Positions 1 to 9,396 of a stretch of DNA of 61,475 bases are shown piece after piece. The translations under genes were made by a program, and so were the position numbers. The notes under the pieces are model-generated. The model was not told the DNA's origin, did not search any database, and saw only the letters and a list, made by a program, of their open reading frames with translations. This stretch comes from Candidatus Acetothermia bacterium (GTDB taxonomy: Bacteria > Bipolaricaulota > Bipolaricaulia > RBG-16-55-9 > DRXL01), in the NCBI GenBank assembly GCA_016179105.1, contig JACOSB010000143.1, positions 1 through 61,475 of the forward strand. The letters run 5' to 3'. Position 1 is the stretch's first letter; each line of letters begins with the position of its first letter.

Positions 1-41
1 AGACCTGGCTGACCGGACCAAAGTACTTGGACATGACCGCG

Positions 42-509
42 TTAGCAGAGTGGACGCAGTTGAAGTCGAAGGAGTTGATTGCGGCCTAAACCGCTGCCGA
101 TCTTGGAATCCAATTTACAGAAAACTACTTGACACAACCTGAGTACATTCCGTATCGTGGCTTCCTTATAATCAATAGGAGAGCCATCTTCTTTGACCAC
201 CTTTATGTCGGCAAGTTTCTTGCCTATAGTCTGGCCACCTCTACTTTCAAAAACGATGAAGTAGGAAAACGCTGTTGTAACGTAAGCAACCGTAATCAAT
301 GGCCGTGCAAATAGCCCAACAAACGCGGCGAGAATGGCAGCGATTATGGCTGCGACAAGGTGGTCAATTATGGCTGCAGTTGCGCGTTTACCCATTTTTG
401 CCAACACCAAGCCTGATTTTGCCATTAGCTCGTATATACTTTGGTTGGGGATACTTAAATATTTGAGGATGTATCCAACAGTTGCGCTAACCAAACCAAT
501 GAACTGCAC
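42..509 (-). CDS. RDD-family membrane protein
   Basis: 155 aa with several hydrophobic helices and the RDD-family GQTIGKK motif. An imperfect palindrome (GAGTTCGGTTCGAACTC, 541-557) sits upstream of the start. Confidence 0.45.
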   Translation of the reverse strand: MQFIGLVSATVGYILKYLSIPNQSIYELMAKSGLVLAKMGKRATAAIIDHLVAAIIAAILAAFVGLFARPLITVAYVTTAFSYFIVFESRGGQTIGKKLADIKVVKEDGSPIDYKEATIRNVLRLCQVVFCKLDSKIGSGLGRNQLLRLQLRPLC

Positions 510-658
510 AATTGGTTAAAGGAACTGACCATAGCAATTTGAGTTCGGTTCGAACTCAGGAAATCCTTCATATGCCTTTCCAATCAGGATCAACTCCTGT
601 GCATTCTCAAGAAGGCGTTATCCAACCAATATAAGAGTCTCATCGCAGATAGCTCCTC

Positions 659-1920
659 TCAACTCAGCTCGTAAGTGCTAGTTACATCCTCATAGATTTC
701 AATCAGCTCCAATTCCCTGTGCATCCCCAGGCTAGCCACGTCCCAGGAGACCAAATCAGCGGCCCCATCGAAACTGCCGAAGTGGACAGTCAACTTCCCA
801 TACCTCTCATTGATCCTGTCCATGACAAGGAGCAGCTGCTCCCTTTTTCTTTGGACTTCAAAAATGGGCTGCGTCATCCGCTTGCTGCAATAAAACCTGT
901 TTACACCCATCCCAATCTTGCGGACTGACGAAGGCGTCCCAAACTTCGCAGCTAACCCGAGACACGCATCGTAAATGACCTTCTCATCAATAGTGGGGAC
1001 AGGCAACGTGCACTGATGGTTGAAGGCCTCGTGCTCGTCGCAGATGCCCAGGAAGACGACTTTCGCATGGAAGCCCTTCGCCCTCAGCCTGAGAGCAGTC
1101 TTGTAGCACAGTAGAAACAAGACATCTTTCGCCTCATCAAAGCAGGGGTAAGGATATTGAAAGCCCCGCGCATGGTTGAACCCCTTGTAAGGGTCTTTGT
1201 TGTAATCAGGGTTCAGGGGAAATGGGTCTTGCCCTTGGCCAGTCGCCTTGAGCCAATAGCCCCTCACTCCAAAGGCAGCCCTGAGCCTGGACATATCAGC
1301 TTTCCCAGCTCGGCCAGAGTCTTGATGCCCATAGAATTAAGCTTCTCTTTGGTCGCTCCCGCAATCCCGCAAGCTGCATCAACCTCCAGCCTGTTCAGCC
1401 AATAGGGAAACTCCTCATCCTTTATCCAAATCAAGCCATCAGGCTTCTTTTTCTCCGCCGCAATCTTCGACATGGTTTTTGTTGAAGCGATGCCGATGCT
1501 GCAACGATAGAAGGGGCCAAGCTCCTTCTTGATCCTTTGCTTGATCGCATAAGCCGTCTTCACCGGGCTGCCTATCTGTTGGGAAACTTGGGTGATGTCC
1601 ACCCAGGCCTCGTCAATTGAGAAGACCTCAACCAGGGGCGAGAACTCCTTGAGGATGCCGTAGATGCGGCTGCTGGAGTAGGCGAACATCCAGGGGTCTC
1701 CCGGCACGATGATGAGCTTGGGGCACATCTCCTTTGCGACCCAGGTAGCCATGCCATTCTTTATCCCGAACTCCTTCGCCTCATAGCTGGCCGAGGCGAT
1801 GATCGTCTTGTCGAGAGGCTTCCTTGAAACGCCCACCGGCTTGCAGCGCAAGTTTCTGAAAGCCTGCTGCATGCAGCTCGCAAAATAGGCGTTCATGTCC
1901 ACGAGAGCGATGTACCTCAT
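659..1920 (-). pseudogene. dinB: Y-family DNA polymerase IV (DinB/UmuC-like), split by a frameshift near 1264-1294
   Basis: ORF 1264..1920 encodes the N-terminal palm/fingers/thumb region (MNAYFAS..., HhH GIAGATKEKLNSMGIKTL). ORF 659..1294 encodes the little-finger part in a different frame, overlapping by about 30 nt. Together they form one Y-family polymerase interrupted by a frameshift, which could be a true pseudogene or a sequencing error. Confidence 0.55.
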
Positions 1921-2336
1921 CTCTGCTTGCGGCCATTTTTCTTTCCGTTGCTTTTAGTGTCCAAAGGCTCAACCTTCTTGAGAACCCATACCATGCTCCT
2001 CGTCCTGTGGCAGAAGACATACTGGTGGGTCTTGCTGGCGACGTAATGATAGTGGCACAGCTCCCCCTTCTCGTACCGAATGTTGTGGGAGAAAAACTGC
2101 GTGATGAGGTCAACCCGGCCGTTCCAACGGACTTTCATGCAGGACAGTCTTTGGTCGTAAGGGCCTTTGGACCTGTACCAAGCTGCGACTTCAACTATCT
2201 CGTCTCTGTCATACAACGGCCGTTGGCCGTTCTTGTCTACAACAGGCTGCCAGCGGGGGTAGCTCAAAATCTCACCTCTGGCATGAGGGCAGGACGATCT
2301 CTGCGGCAAGCTCTCCAACGTGCTGAGATAGCACAT
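1917..2336 (-). CDS. hypothetical protein (4-nt overlap with the dinB-like start; possible polymerase accessory protein)
   Basis: 139 aa ORF translationally coupled to the Y-family polymerase gene. No recognisable motifs such as the S24 GDSM. Confidence 0.3.
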   Translation of the reverse strand: MCYLSTLESLPQRSSCPHARGEILSYPRWQPVVDKNGQRPLYDRDEIVEVAAWYRSKGPYDQRLSCMKVRWNGRVDLITQFFSHNIRYEKGELCHYHYVASKTHQYVFCHRTRSMVWVLKKVEPLDTKSNGKKNGRKQR

Positions 2337-2489
2337 CCAAACGATTTAATCATTGATATAGCAGACTTTTGTCTGGATGTCAAGAGTTGAGTGTAATGGG
2401 AATCACTTTGAAGGAAAACTTGCAAGAATCCTTGGAGCGGCATCAGAGTTTGCCCTTCTTAATTTGAATGCGATAAGTTAAGGGCGGGT

Positions 2490-2813
2490 ATGAACGGCGC
2501 ACTCAAGACAGCCCTCATAGCAGCGATTGTCGTGATAGGCGCTCCCATCGTTTACTTCGTGTTTCTCTCGGCCCCAAAGACGATGGCCCCTAATGCTCCA
2601 GCGCCAACCACTGACGGCTGCCGCACCGGTGACCCGCTTGCAGGAGTCTACCACCCGGCAAGGCTCAACGTGCTCAAGCCGTGCCAGATGATCACCGGAG
2701 TTGTTGAGAAAGTCAATAAAGAAGACGATGGGGATTACCACATCAACGTGAAGCTGGATGCATCCTTCAGCAACCTACTTGTCGCTGGGAATGACCACAG
2801 GGCGGGGATTTAG
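2490..2813 (+). CDS. small membrane-anchored protein
   Basis: 107 aa with an N-terminal TM helix (LIAAIVVIGAPIVYFVFL). A UUCG-tetraloop hairpin (CCCCTTCGGGG) follows directly after the stop. Confidence 0.35.
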   Translation: MNGALKTALIAAIVVIGAPIVYFVFLSAPKTMAPNAPAPTTDGCRTGDPLAGVYHPARLNVLKPCQMITGVVEKVNKEDDGDYHINVKLDASFSNLLVAGNDHRAGI

Positions 2814-3189
2814 TGTCCCCTTCGGGGATGGTTGAATCCCCTCGCCTTCTAGGCGAAGGAAAGTTTGGCGAAATGTGAGCAAAGCGAACATGAGCCGCCG
2901 TTGTCGTTTCTGTACTCGTTCTTTGACTTTGCCACAGGCCCATATGTGATCGACACGAAGCATGGGAACGGAGGATGGGCTGAGATTCATCCGGTATGGG
3001 CTCTCAGCATTCTTGAGCATTAGCGCAAGCTACATACTGGCGCAGGTTGAAAATTCTAGTTCCAGATGTTCATCGCATGTTCATTACCTCAATAAACCTA
3101 CCGAACACCTAGTGAACACAGCTCTTGACCGCCTTATCCTACATAATGTATAATAGTATTTCAGAGAAGGACAAGGCAGGTTTTCCCAT

Positions 3190-3585
3190 TTGGCCAGGGC
3201 AGAGCTGGACAGCTATCGCAACCGCTTCAAGAAGTCTCTCGACCGTCTTGAGACCATCTTGGAAACCTTGGATAAAGAGATAGTCCACTTGAAAAAGGAG
3301 CTGGAGGGCCTTGTGCCTAGAGCCAAGTTCCAGTTCAAGTACGTCAAGTGCGGCAAGAGCTGCCACTGCGCCCACAGCAAGAAAGGGCATGGCCCCTACG
3401 CCTATGCTAATGTGCGCAAGGGAGGCAAAGTGGAAACCATCTACCTCGGCAAGGAGCCGAAGCTGCCGGAAGGCTCCATGGACAAGGCCAGCTACAACCG
3501 CCTCGTCCAAAGGCTTAAAGAACTCAGGGAACAAAGGGAAGATGTCTTCGAGAAGATTGAAAGGGCGTTGCAGCTAATGAGATAG
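3190..3585 (+). CDS. hypothetical coiled-coil protein with Cys/His cluster (KCGKSCHCAHSKKGHG)
   Basis: 131 aa ORF with coding-like composition. It lies upstream of the WGR-domain gene in the same orientation. Confidence 0.3.
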   Translation: MARAELDSYRNRFKKSLDRLETILETLDKEIVHLKKELEGLVPRAKFQFKYVKCGKSCHCAHSKKGHGPYAYANVRKGGKVETIYLGKEPKLPEGSMDKASYNRLVQRLKELREQREDVFEKIERALQLMR

Positions 3586-3654
3586 TTTTATTGCCTTATC
3601 CTTCATTATAACAGTATTGACACTTTAGTAGGATAAGGCAACAGAAAGGGCAAA

Positions 3655-3966
3655 ATGCTCGACCAAAGGAATAACAGAAACGCAAAATGGAACGATTGCT
3701 TAGCCGTCTGGCATTCGGTTGACCCTGAACAGAACCGCTATCGCTTCTACGTGCTGTCGATTGAGAAGGATTTGTGGGGCAACTCCTGTCTTATCCAAAG
3801 GTGGGGCAGAATAGGCAAGAAAGCAAGAGAGAAAGTCACAGTTGCAGCTGACGAGAACGAATTGAAGAAATTCGCTTTCAACATCTTTCAACAGCGCATG
3901 TGGCATGGATACGAGCTCGTATACCATGCGGCATTCTTGCATGACACTCTTTCAACGCCTGCCTGA
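3655..3966 (+). CDS. WGR-domain protein
   Basis: 103 aa containing RYRFYVLSIEKDLWGNSCLIQRWGRIGKK, which matches the W-G-R signature of WGR domains. Confidence 0.5.
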   Translation: MLDQRNNRNAKWNDCLAVWHSVDPEQNRYRFYVLSIEKDLWGNSCLIQRWGRIGKKAREKVTVAADENELKKFAFNIFQQRMWHGYELVYHAAFLHDTLSTPA

Positions 3967-4245
3967 ATACGGCAAGTCGTGCTTTCGGATTTCCCACAAT
4001 TTCCCTTTGTTTATCAATCTGTGAAGCTCTCCTTCTGAGAAATATCCCCACTCCTCCTCGAAGCCTTGGACGAGACCAAAATAAATCCTGTCGTTCTCGA
4101 TGATAGTGCCGTCAGGCATGAGACTGTCTTGGGTGCCTGTATCTTCCGTCACGAACCAGTACCAACCACTAAAGGATTCGTAGCCCTTCAGCACCTTCTT
4201 GTCATCTATGTACAGCTCTCCCTCTTTGACTCTGAAATTAGCCAT
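3952..4245 (-). CDS. hypothetical small protein (last gene of the amidoligase/GAT operon)
   Basis: 97 aa ORF immediately downstream of the GAT-II gene on the same strand. Confidence 0.3.
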   Translation of the reverse strand: MANFRVKEGELYIDDKKVLKGYESFSGWYWFVTEDTGTQDSLMPDGTIIENDRIYFGLVQGFEEEWGYFSEGELHRLINKGKLWEIRKHDLPYSGRR

Positions 4246-4332
4246 ACCACTTTCTTCAGGGATGGTTTATGAGCCTGAAGGGGAGAGCGAGCCGAAATGC
4301 CACTAACAGAATTAGCACTGTATGCCTTTCGC

Positions 4333-5277
4333 TCAGTAGAGCATTTCCATGAGTTCTTCCAAGCCCCCGCTATCCACGATGGCCTTTTGCTTATCCAAGA
4401 AGAGAGGCCCAAAATAATCTCGCAACTGCTTCAATACCTGCTCCTCAGCTATAAGCTTGTATGTGCCTGCTCCGAGCTTCTTCACCTCAATCGAATCGCT
4501 CAGACATTCGGGAGAAAATCCTTGATAATAGCCATAACCAGCGAACTCTCTGGGCTTGAAGGTTTGCAATGCTCTCAGTCCTTGAGCTTTGTCGAGTTCA
4601 TAGATGGTGCCTGCCTCTGGCTCCTTGACCGCAAGGCGTTGGCTCGTTGGCACATCAAAACCATAGAGGGATTGGCTGTAGAGTCCTTGCAGGTTATCTT
4701 TGACGCTAGAACCCACGATGACCTTTTTTCCTTGACGCTTATATAACCTGAAATAAAAATCAGCATCGTGCCTAAAATACAAAAGACGCTGGCTGGGTTT
4801 GTGCCATACAAAGACGCTGTAGCTCCCCTTCAGCTTTTCGGCCACTTGTTTTATGGCTGAGACGATGTCTCTATTGGCCAGCTCCTTTTCGATGGCCTTG
4901 CCGATGACCTCGCTATCCACGAGAACTCTGCCTAATTTGTACTCTGTTGCTATCTCTTCATAATTGAATATCATGCCATTATGCACCCACACCAACTGGC
5001 CAGAAGCAAACGGATGGGTGTTCTTTTTCTTGACATTGCCATGCGTAGCTAATCGGTTATGGGCTACGATGAAAACAGAATCCTTGAATCGCTTTGCCAA
5101 GAGCGAGTTAAACTTATCCGAATAGGCGCATGGCCTTCTCAGGATGTGAGCCTCATCAAATAGGCCAAAGCCGTCCTTGTTCTTCTCCGCACCCTTCTTG
5201 AGCAGTGCCGTTATCTGCTCCATATCCAGCGACTCAAGCCTGCTCTGTATTGGCATGAGAAAATGAATTTCACACAT
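4333..5277 (-). CDS. class-II (Ntn) glutamine amidotransferase-like thiol hydrolase, YafJ-type
   Basis: The protein starts MCEIHF with the Cys nucleophile right after Met1, and carries HNRLATHG and NTHPF motifs typical of GATase-II. There is an 8-nt overlap with the upstream amidoligase gene. Confidence 0.55.
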   Translation of the reverse strand: MCEIHFLMPIQSRLESLDMEQITALLKKGAEKNKDGFGLFDEAHILRRPCAYSDKFNSLLAKRFKDSVFIVAHNRLATHGNVKKKNTHPFASGQLVWVHNGMIFNYEEIATEYKLGRVLVDSEVIGKAIEKELANRDIVSAIKQVAEKLKGSYSVFVWHKPSQRLLYFRHDADFYFRLYKRQGKKVIVGSSVKDNLQGLYSQSLYGFDVPTSQRLAVKEPEAGTIYELDKAQGLRALQTFKPREFAGYGYYQGFSPECLSDSIEVKKLGAGTYKLIAEEQVLKQLRDYFGPLFLDKQKAIVDSGGLEELMEMLY

Positions 5278-6490
5278 GGCTCTCTCCTAGGGGAAACATC
5301 GCAAACAGTTCTTCAAGGCGGGCGTGGGGTAAGAATTTCGCCTCTCTGTCCATTAGATACCTGATAATTTTGGCATCTTGGACAATCGCAAAGAGTTTCT
5401 CCTTGTCCAAGCTCAAGACATCTCTCATGGTGGTCTTGCGATGTAAAACCCACTTGAGCAGCCTGCGATGAAGCCTTATCCAATAGACCATTTTGCGGCT
5501 GCTGATGGTTCCGCTATGCAGCCGAATTTCCAAAGTACCCCGATAAAAGAGGCTGTGGAGATTGAGCCAGTAATAGCGTTTCGAGTGATACTTGTCTTTC
5601 GGGATGGCTGCCCTCTGGCCAATAAGCTCTCCATAATAGTAGCTCAAAAGTTTAGATTCCTTTCTGAATTTCCGTACACTTTCGATGGAATAGTTGGCGT
5701 GCATCTTTTGGCAGAAGTGGTTCTCTCTTCGGGAGAAGGGAACCAGACGCAAGAAGTATGGCTCCAGCTTCAAGTAGGCTATCCACAGCTTTTTGAGGTT
5801 GCGTAGAGTCAAGTCCTTCTCCGTGATGTTGAGATGGAGATGCAGTCCGCAAGACTTGTCTACAGTCAGATTCTCATGGGCATAGGCATGGGAAAAATCG
5901 TGCAATACCTGATAACCCTGCCTGCCCGCAGGCATCGGAACACTCACGAACTCCATCCCTTGGGTGTTCAAGCTCCCGTCATCCACGACTGAAAAATGTC
6001 TCAGGCTGTAGAAGTTGTCGTACTCGGAACTGCCTTTCACAATCGCTTCGATTTCCAAACCAAAGAGCTTCAGGGATTCTTTCTGAGAGAGTTCTTCTTT
6101 AACTATGAGTTGCAGGGTGGCTGGATGGTCTGGAGGCTGCTCATAGCAGCTATCGCAAAAAGCGTTGCCGTCCTCATCGTACGAGGCATCCTCCGTATAG
6201 AGTTCATAATCGCAACGGCAGCAATGGGTAAAGGCATCGTTATAACAGTTGTCGCAGTAGGCTTGTCCGTGTGCATCGTGCAGAATATCGTCGAGCGGAC
6301 AGTATTCTTCACATCCAGAGCAGTGGGCAAAGCGTGTATCAAAGCAGGGCTGGCAATAAAGTTCTGCCTTGTCTTGCCAGTGACCATCGCAATAGTCACG
6401 AAAGACATAGGTCTGACAATCCGCTTTCGGGAACTCTTTTTGGCAGCCCGCACATACGACACTTTCGGCAGTCACACTTTCATGACTCAT
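5270..6490 (-). CDS. amidoligase (GS-like, Amidoligase_2 family) with a Cys-rich multi-zinc-ribbon N-terminus
   Basis: The C-terminal half has FGLEIEAIV (GxExE) and CGLHLHLNI (HxH) motifs that are characteristic of Amidoligase_2. The N-terminal roughly 130 aa contain many CxxC/CxC pairs. The conserved pairing with a GAT-like thiol hydrolase gene supports the call. Confidence 0.5.
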   Translation of the reverse strand: MSHESVTAESVVCAGCQKEFPKADCQTYVFRDYCDGHWQDKAELYCQPCFDTRFAHCSGCEEYCPLDDILHDAHGQAYCDNCYNDAFTHCCRCDYELYTEDASYDEDGNAFCDSCYEQPPDHPATLQLIVKEELSQKESLKLFGLEIEAIVKGSSEYDNFYSLRHFSVVDDGSLNTQGMEFVSVPMPAGRQGYQVLHDFSHAYAHENLTVDKSCGLHLHLNITEKDLTLRNLKKLWIAYLKLEPYFLRLVPFSRRENHFCQKMHANYSIESVRKFRKESKLLSYYYGELIGQRAAIPKDKYHSKRYYWLNLHSLFYRGTLEIRLHSGTISSRKMVYWIRLHRRLLKWVLHRKTTMRDVLSLDKEKLFAIVQDAKIIRYLMDREAKFLPHARLEELFAMFPLGESHV

Positions 6491-6499
6491 ATAGAAAGT

Positions 6500-6563
6500 A
6501 TGGATTTCTATACTTAAATGCTTTTCGAGGCTCGAATAGAGCTATTCGAGTATAGAAATCCAT
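6500..6563. promoter_or_regulatory. nested palindromes between the divergent amidoligase operon and the RHH gene
   Basis: Outer 14-bp arms ATGGATTTCTATAC / GTATAGAAATCCAT and inner 9-bp arms CTCGAATAG / CTATTCGAG. Confidence 0.5.
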
Positions 6564-6590
6564 ATATGACTTCTGCTCACATACCTATAG

Positions 6591-6740
6591 ATGCGGACGA
6601 CCATTACCCTAGATTCTGAATTGCGAAAGAAGCTGAAGATTGCAGCAGCCAATCAAGAGACCACTATAGGGCAACTCATCCAGAAACTTTTAGACCATTA
6701 CGAGCATTGCGATAAAAAACACTCCTCCTCACTTTCATGA
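6591..6740 (+). CDS. ribbon-helix-helix (CopG/antitoxin-like) DNA-binding protein
   Basis: 49 aa MRTTITLDSELRKKLKIAAANQETTIGQLIQKLL..., a classic RHH pattern. It has an ATGA overlap with the next ORF. It is not in the ORF track because it is shorter than 60 aa. Confidence 0.45.
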   Translation: MRTTITLDSELRKKLKIAAANQETTIGQLIQKLLDHYEHCDKKHSSSLS

Positions 6741-7168
6741 TGGAACGCTATCCTAGAGCACCCCCTGAAAATTCTGCGAGCAGCGTCAGCTATCGCTGGA
6801 GTTCAGTCATCGAGCGTCTTTACGGGCTTGGGGAGGAATTGGACGAGTTATGTCAGGAGCAGGGTCATCCAGTCAGCGCCGTGACCCAACTGGACCGAGA
6901 CTGGACGGTCAAGACCTTGCGCGATCAGGTTAAGGCCCCAGCGGAGTACATCAGCCGCTTTCTGGAGACGATCGAGGGGTTGCAATGGTACAAGCACACC
7001 GAGCTGGAAGAGATGCAACGCGGAATGATCGCTGTGGGACTTTCCGACTCTACGGGCTACGAATTGTTGCTGAACGAGATGAGACGGAAGAAGGACGCCC
7101 TGGGGTTCGGAAGGTGGGACTCGGCGGGCGAGCGTTGGAGTAAGTCGCATGACCGAGGTTCGGAATGA
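6737..7168 (+). CDS. hypothetical protein coupled to the RHH gene (candidate toxin partner)
   Basis: 143 aa ORF whose start overlaps the RHH stop (ATGA). Confidence 0.35.
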   Translation: MMERYPRAPPENSASSVSYRWSSVIERLYGLGEELDELCQEQGHPVSAVTQLDRDWTVKTLRDQVKAPAEYISRFLETIEGLQWYKHTELEEMQRGMIAVGLSDSTGYELLLNEMRRKKDALGFGRWDSAGERWSKSHDRGSE

Positions 7169-7240
7169 TACCCTCCCCCTGTGGAGCCACTTTTCCCGAC
7201 AATGGACCAATAATGCCCATAAATTCAAGCTCTTGAAGAG

Positions 7241-7292
7241 CTATTGTCGGCGTTGTCGGGGCATTGTCGGCCTATTGCGAGCGTATTGTCGG
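7241..7292. repeat. five tandem roughly 11-bp direct repeats with core ATTGTCGG
   Basis: Repeat units begin near 7243, 7252, 7263, 7274 (variant ATTGCGAG) and 7285. Confidence 0.45.
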
Positions 7293-7299
7293 AGTGGGT

Positions 7300-8562
7300 T
7301 CACGGATCGCGCTCGGGAATATCATAGAGTGTGGCTCTTCCTTGCTTAGTTTCTAGGAGAAGCCCTTTTCCCTTCAAACTGGCTGCAATTTTATAAAACT
7401 TCTCGCCGCTGAAATTGCCTGCTTTGCGGATTTGCAGGCCACTGGTTCTCTTCCCTTCACGCCGGAGCGTTATGATAGTCTGCACAAAACGTTGTTCGTC
7501 GGGATCGAGCTCGCTCAGTTTGCTTCGCATCGCCTTCGGCGAAGAAGCCGGCATGAGGTTGCTCATCGGCGGACGGATGAAGACCTTCATGGGTTCAAAG
7601 CCCTTCAAGACCGCAATCGCCTCTCCCGTGCGCAGCTTCTTGTTCTCTTCGACCCAGACGGGAGAAGTACAGGATTCCAGATAATCCCATTCGCGCTCAT
7701 CGCTCGCACGGAAGAAGAGTCGGGTGTTGATGAGACCCCGCAGTGAGGCCATCCGGTGACTGAACAGCCGCAACGACGTGGAGAGTAAGACAAAGCAGAT
7801 GCCGTAAGCACGGCAATCCGCCATAATCTTTCTCATCTTCTCTAAGCAGCGATCCGCTTCGGGCTCCAGCAGGCGATGTGAGTCCTCAAAAAGAACCAGC
7901 AATTTGACCCGCTCAGTCAGTCTCGGACTCCAGTAGCGCATCCGCCGGTCGATGAAATCTAGTGCGTTATAGATGGTCTCGAAGGCGTGAGATTTATCCG
8001 TGTCCAGAGTCTCGCCAAGGTCGAAGACCGTACACCCCGCTGGCAGGGTTTGTCCTGCACTTGCATTCCACTCGCGGTGAACAGCGATCGGAAAGCCCCG
8101 ACGAACCGCTTCGCGGCTTATCATTTCCCATCGCTCTTTGAATGAACCCTGTGGAGCGGGTTCGGCAAGGCCCGTCCACTCGCCCTTTTTTAGGTCGAAG
8201 ATGACGACGCCAATCTCCCTTAGCAGAGCCTCTTCGACGAGCGCGCGCGAGGCTGAGCTCTTCCCGCCGCCGGTTGTACCCGAGAAATAGATATGTACCA
8301 AATCGTTGATGTTCTCGATAGGCAGCAAGAAGGGGCGCGACGTGACCTTAGCGCCGTGCATCAAATTGCCAAGGAAGGCCCCTTGCGCGGGAAGCTCACC
8401 CAGCTTGGCTGAGGGTTGGACGATCGCGGCATAACCCATCATGACTTTGAACGCCGCCGCGAAGGGCTTCTTGGCGTCCCACTTGCGGAGTCCCTCGACC
8501 ACGATTTTATTGCTCGTCGTGACCCAGAAGAGTGCACGCGCTCGTCTTAGAAATTCATCCAA
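7300..8562 (-). CDS. P-loop ATPase, HerA/FtsK-like (DUF87-type), with C-terminal winged helix
   Basis: Walker A FSGTTGGGKSS followed by VVIFDLKKGEW, Walker B LLVLFEDSH, and a C-terminal wHTH-like segment. It is the last gene of the minus-strand operon. Confidence 0.5.
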   Translation of the reverse strand: MDEFLRRARALFWVTTSNKIVVEGLRKWDAKKPFAAAFKVMMGYAAIVQPSAKLGELPAQGAFLGNLMHGAKVTSRPFLLPIENINDLVHIYFSGTTGGGKSSASRALVEEALLREIGVVIFDLKKGEWTGLAEPAPQGSFKERWEMISREAVRRGFPIAVHREWNASAGQTLPAGCTVFDLGETLDTDKSHAFETIYNALDFIDRRMRYWSPRLTERVKLLVLFEDSHRLLEPEADRCLEKMRKIMADCRAYGICFVLLSTSLRLFSHRMASLRGLINTRLFFRASDEREWDYLESCTSPVWVEENKKLRTGEAIAVLKGFEPMKVFIRPPMSNLMPASSPKAMRSKLSELDPDEQRFVQTIITLRREGKRTSGLQIRKAGNFSGEKFYKIAASLKGKGLLLETKQGRATLYDIPERDP

Positions 8563-9379
8563 AGTTAGCTATCTCTTTCGGCGAGAACAGAAAGCTGTAT
8601 TCGATGGCATAAGCTAATAGAGGGTAGTCGAGCTCCCGAAGATGAATCTGGAGATGGCCGGTCGTGAGTTTCTGTTTCACTTCCTGAGTGTGCTTGCTAT
8701 CCAGATGATGGATGCAGTTTTGAATTTCTCTCATCATTTTTGCCGTGTCGTCGGTCGCGATAGGGTACAGGGGGGTCGCGACGGTGAAGACGAGCACGGT
8801 CGCGCGGGCGTTTCGTAAGAAATGCTCCTGCAACGCTTCTGCTTCGTTCAGTTGAGAAGAGAGCTGCGCTTGCCGCTGATTGAGCTCGGTCAACTGAGTC
8901 ACGAGCTGAGATTCTTCGGCGGCGAGGAGCGATCGGCTCTCTTGGGCGATTTGCGTCGCGGCGCGCACCTCCTTGACTTGATTTCGCATCACGCTCATTG
9001 ACTGACGCACTCGGTCAAGCTCCCCTTTGTCTTGGAGGAGCGACGCATAGACGGGACTTAGTTCCGTTGTGATCGTGTCAAAGAAGAGTAAACTCAGTCG
9101 TGCTTCGGCGAAATGGCTCTCCAAATAACTGGCGAGCTCGCGCAGATGGCGCTGCCGCGTCTCAAGCTGGGCAATCAACCCTCCCGATTCTTTGCCGACA
9201 ATGAGGTAGCGTTTGAGTCCCTTGAGCCAACAGCTTGGCCCAAGGTCCGTCACGACGAGCTCTTGACGACGTTGCGCGCTCCACCAAATCTCGGCGACGA
9301 GGCCGTAAGTGAGCTGACCGATGCGCACGAAGCCCAACTGCTCCAGGATCGCAATGAGTTGACTATTCATGCGACACAC
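8555..9379 (-). CDS. coiled-coil protein
   Basis: 274 aa with a long heptad-rich stretch (LLAAEESQLVTQLTELNQRQAQLSSQLNEAEALQ). Its end overlaps the start of the ATPase gene by 8 nt. Confidence 0.4.
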   Translation of the reverse strand: MCRMNSQLIAILEQLGFVRIGQLTYGLVAEIWWSAQRRQELVVTDLGPSCWLKGLKRYLIVGKESGGLIAQLETRQRHLRELASYLESHFAEARLSLLFFDTITTELSPVYASLLQDKGELDRVRQSMSVMRNQVKEVRAATQIAQESRSLLAAEESQLVTQLTELNQRQAQLSSQLNEAEALQEHFLRNARATVLVFTVATPLYPIATDDTAKMMREIQNCIHHLDSKHTQEVKQKLTTGHLQIHLRELDYPLLAYAIEYSFLFSPKEIANFG

Positions 9380-9396
9380 TCTCTTTGTTCAAAAAC

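Noticed and set aside
541-557. GGTTCGAAC-containing palindrome resembling a tRNA T-arm
   Set aside because: It is a simple 7-bp hairpin with a 3-nt loop, with no acceptor, D or anticodon arms around it. It is more likely an operator or hairpin upstream of the RDD gene.
7149-7349. 66 aa ORF (YCRRCRGIVGLLRAYCRSG) covering the ATTGTCGG repeats
   Set aside because: The Cys/Arg pattern is produced by the 11-bp DNA repeat itself. There is no RBS, and it lies between convergent gene ends.
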